DNA of 63,625 nucleotides, the filler included, from Asterionella formosa (taxonomy: Eukaryota): NCBI GenBank assembly GCA_002256025.1. It is 16 parts of 16 records of this genome, joined end to end, with 100 filler letters (N's around TTAATTAATTAA, not from the genome) between each part and the next. Parts side by side here need not be neighbours in the genome. Positions count along the whole stretch, not along the records: positions 61,503 to 62,514 come from NKIB01004985.1; positions 62,615 to 63,625 come from NKIB01004987.1; 14 more parts are not named here. One strand, written 5' to 3'. A program made the translations under genes and the position numbers. Below are positions 61,503 to 63,625 of the stretch, one piece after another. The notes below the pieces were generated by a model that did no database searches, had not been told where the DNA came from, and saw nothing but the letters and a program-made list of their open reading frames with translations. The first letter of the stretch is position 1. Every line of letters begins with the position of its first letter.

Positions 61503-62514
61503 TCCGGGCCAAGGACCGGTTGGACACCTGCGATGCTGCTCTTCTGGCGCCATCCTGCCGTCGCTGAGGCCCACCGCCAATAGTGGCGAGGTTTCTCGCG
61601 CATATTGACGTGAGCCTCCCTAATTGCCTTATACCATGCCCGCCTACCGGAGAGGCGGATCACCTTCCGCGCCCTCTCTTTGGCAGCCTTGTACATGTCC
61701 CCAAGCCGTGCTACATCTTCACGGTCTCCTCGCGACTCCGCCCTCCGGGTTTCCCGGAAGATCCTCCTTCGGGTCTCAATCGCCCGCCGTACCTGTCCTG
61801 TCACTCTTGGTGGGTTTTGTCCCGCCACCCGTTGGTGGAGGTTCAGGTCCTCTGCCACCTGGTGACATGTTGTAGTGAACTTCTTGGCCATACCATCCAA
61901 CCTTTCCTGGTGGTAACTGGTGGGGTTTTCGAGTGAATGTGAACACTCGATTACATCCTCCAGGTCCTCCTCCAGCGAGTCAGCTAGTGGCTGCCAATAG
62001 TTACTACTAGCCACGGTTACTTTGAGTTCCTTCTCCTCCATCACAATCCGCCGGTACAGTGATTCCGGCCGTGGTGGGGCAATCCCCATCTCTGGGATTC
62101 TGGTAAGCCCAGGTAGGTCCGCAACAACTGGGAAGTGGTCCGAAATATCCCATGTGTCGAGGACCCTGGCAGGGGGGACAGCCGCCACTGTGTCACCACA
62201 ATATGTGATGAAATCAATGGCAGGTGTTGGCTGTCCCTCCCGCCGGCTTTGGCGAGTGGAGGCCCCCCCTCGGATGGGTAACACCCGAAAGGGAAGCCGC
62301 CACGGTCCCATCAGAATCTGCAACTCCGTCATCTTCATGTTGAAGTCTCCCATCATCACAATGGGATCTTCTGGAAACTCCCGATGTAGAGCGTCCAAGG
62401 CTCGGGGCAGGGCCCTGAGCACTCGGATGCGATCCGCTCTGCATGGGACATAGATTGTTCCCACAAGAATAGGCCTCAAGAGCGTGGCCCCATAGACTCT
62501 CGCAAAAGTCCAAA
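61503..62514 (-). mobile_element. Non-LTR retrotransposon AP-endonuclease domain and linker
   Basis: VGTIYVP, MGDFN, AIDFI, ISDHFPV; then helical linker ...PRHYWRW; open across the contig. Confidence 0.88.
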
Positions 62515-62614
62515 NNNNNNNNNNNNNNNNNNNNNNNNNNNNNNNNNNNNNNNNNNNNTTAATTAATTAANNNNNNNNNNNNNNNNNNNNNNNNNNNNNN
62601 NNNNNNNNNNNNNN

Positions 62615-63625
62615 CAGCACGGCATCACTCATGCCGGAGCCCCGGTCCATCACCTCCAGCAAAAAGACCGTCCCCACACGGCGCACGGCGACTTGCACCT
62701 CGTGCGGCGCTGAGCCGGATTCGTGCGCATTTTTGATGAGGTTGTGCAGAGCCTGTTCGATTTGCGCGGCATCCAGCCACACCGGCTCAACGGGCCCAGC
62801 ACCCGCAATGTTGAAAGTGAGCTGGGCTTGCAGGCCCGTGAGCAGATGCGACCACTCCATGCGCTGCAGGCGCGGCGTTGGCAGTTTGGCGAAGCTGGCG
62901 TAGCCGCTGATGAATTCGTCCAGGTGGCGGGTGCGCTCCTCGATGGTTGCCAGAATGTGGGGCAGCCGCTCAGTTTGGCCACGGCGCAGCAATTCGGTGG
63001 CAGAGTGTGCCAACGAGCCCATGGGGGCCAAAGTGTTGTTGAGCTCATGGCTGATGACGCGAATGACTTTCTTCCAGGTCTGCACCTCTTGGCGACGCAG
63101 CTCCGCTGTGAGCTGTCGCAGCAACAGCAACTCGTGGGCCCGACCATTGAGCGTAAAGCTGCGCCGTGCCAGGTGGTAGGTATCTTCTTCGTGCTCGGTG
63201 CTTACGGTGAACAGCCCATCGCCGCCACGCGCCAAGGCCTCCCGCAAGGGTGCCTGTGCCTGCGCCATCACCTCCTGGAGCATCAAGCCTTCCATGCGCC
63301 GACCCTGGTGCAGTAACTGGCGGGCTGCGATGTTGGCGTACACCAGCGGCCCGCCGTCACATACCAGCAGCATGGCCACGGGGGTGTTCTGCAGCATGGT
63401 GTCCTGAAGCAGCTCCCGCTGCACCAGGCTCAGGCGTTGTTCGCGCAGCACGTCACCGAGCGCATTGTGGGCGACCACCAGGTCTTGCAGTTCATCGCGG
63501 TGGGGCCAATGCAGCCCGAAAGAGTAGTCACCATCGCGGTAGGTGGTGACCGTGCCCGCCAGCGCCCTGAACAACGAGAGCATGGGCTGCAATTGGCTGC
63601 GCACCAGTACGACCGACACCGGGGC
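62615..63625 (-). CDS. Bacterial PAS-domain sensor histidine kinase (NtrY-like), partial
   Basis: H-box RVISHELNNTLAP, N-box QALHNLIKNAHE, G1 DRGSGM; PAS region YANIAARQLL; high GC and no introns. Confidence 0.9.

Noticed and set aside
16339..62614. TTAATTAATTAA palindromes in N runs, regularly spaced at about 1.1 kb
   Set aside because: Artificial contig linkers. The spacing reflects contig lengths, so adjacency across them (e.g. Crypton next to Rieske) has no biological meaning.

Overview
This window is not one locus. It is 16 separate contigs joined by artificial 100-nt spacers (N44-TTAATTAATTAA-N44): three of about 16.3 kb and thirteen of about 1.01 kb. Almost all of it looks like nuclear DNA of a diatom-type alga, with short GT-AG introns and bipartite ASAF-type plastid presequences. 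Recognisable genes include an RluA-type and a TruA-type pseudouridine synthase, a RibD/PyrD deaminase fused to a CRM/YhbY domain, adenylate kinase, the ferredoxin-thioredoxin reductase catalytic subunit, VPS26, a cytochrome b5-like protein, mitochondrial Rieske protein, RPL35A, RPS15A, a 2H phosphoesterase, a ShKT/prolyl-4-hydroxylase-like protein and a tandem-YciI protein. Many mobile-element pieces are present: Ty1/copia, a non-LTR retrotransposon, pogo, Crypton, a Helitron-like end and satellites. The last contig is a GC-rich bacterial histidine kinase, probably a contaminant. The most striking unexplained signal is that intergenic DNA is saturated with TA-CCGG-TA, TA-CC(A/T)GG-TA and TA-(C/G)-TA motifs. 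Paralogous copies inside the window differ by such motifs at single TA sites, which fits very large numbers of stacked Tc1/mariner/pogo excision footprints. Other highlights are a candidate intronic H/ACA snoRNA in RPS15A, a complete non-autonomous LTR element with TA...TA termini and a 5-bp TSD, and the deaminase-CRM fusion. All calls are by eye; no database searches were run.
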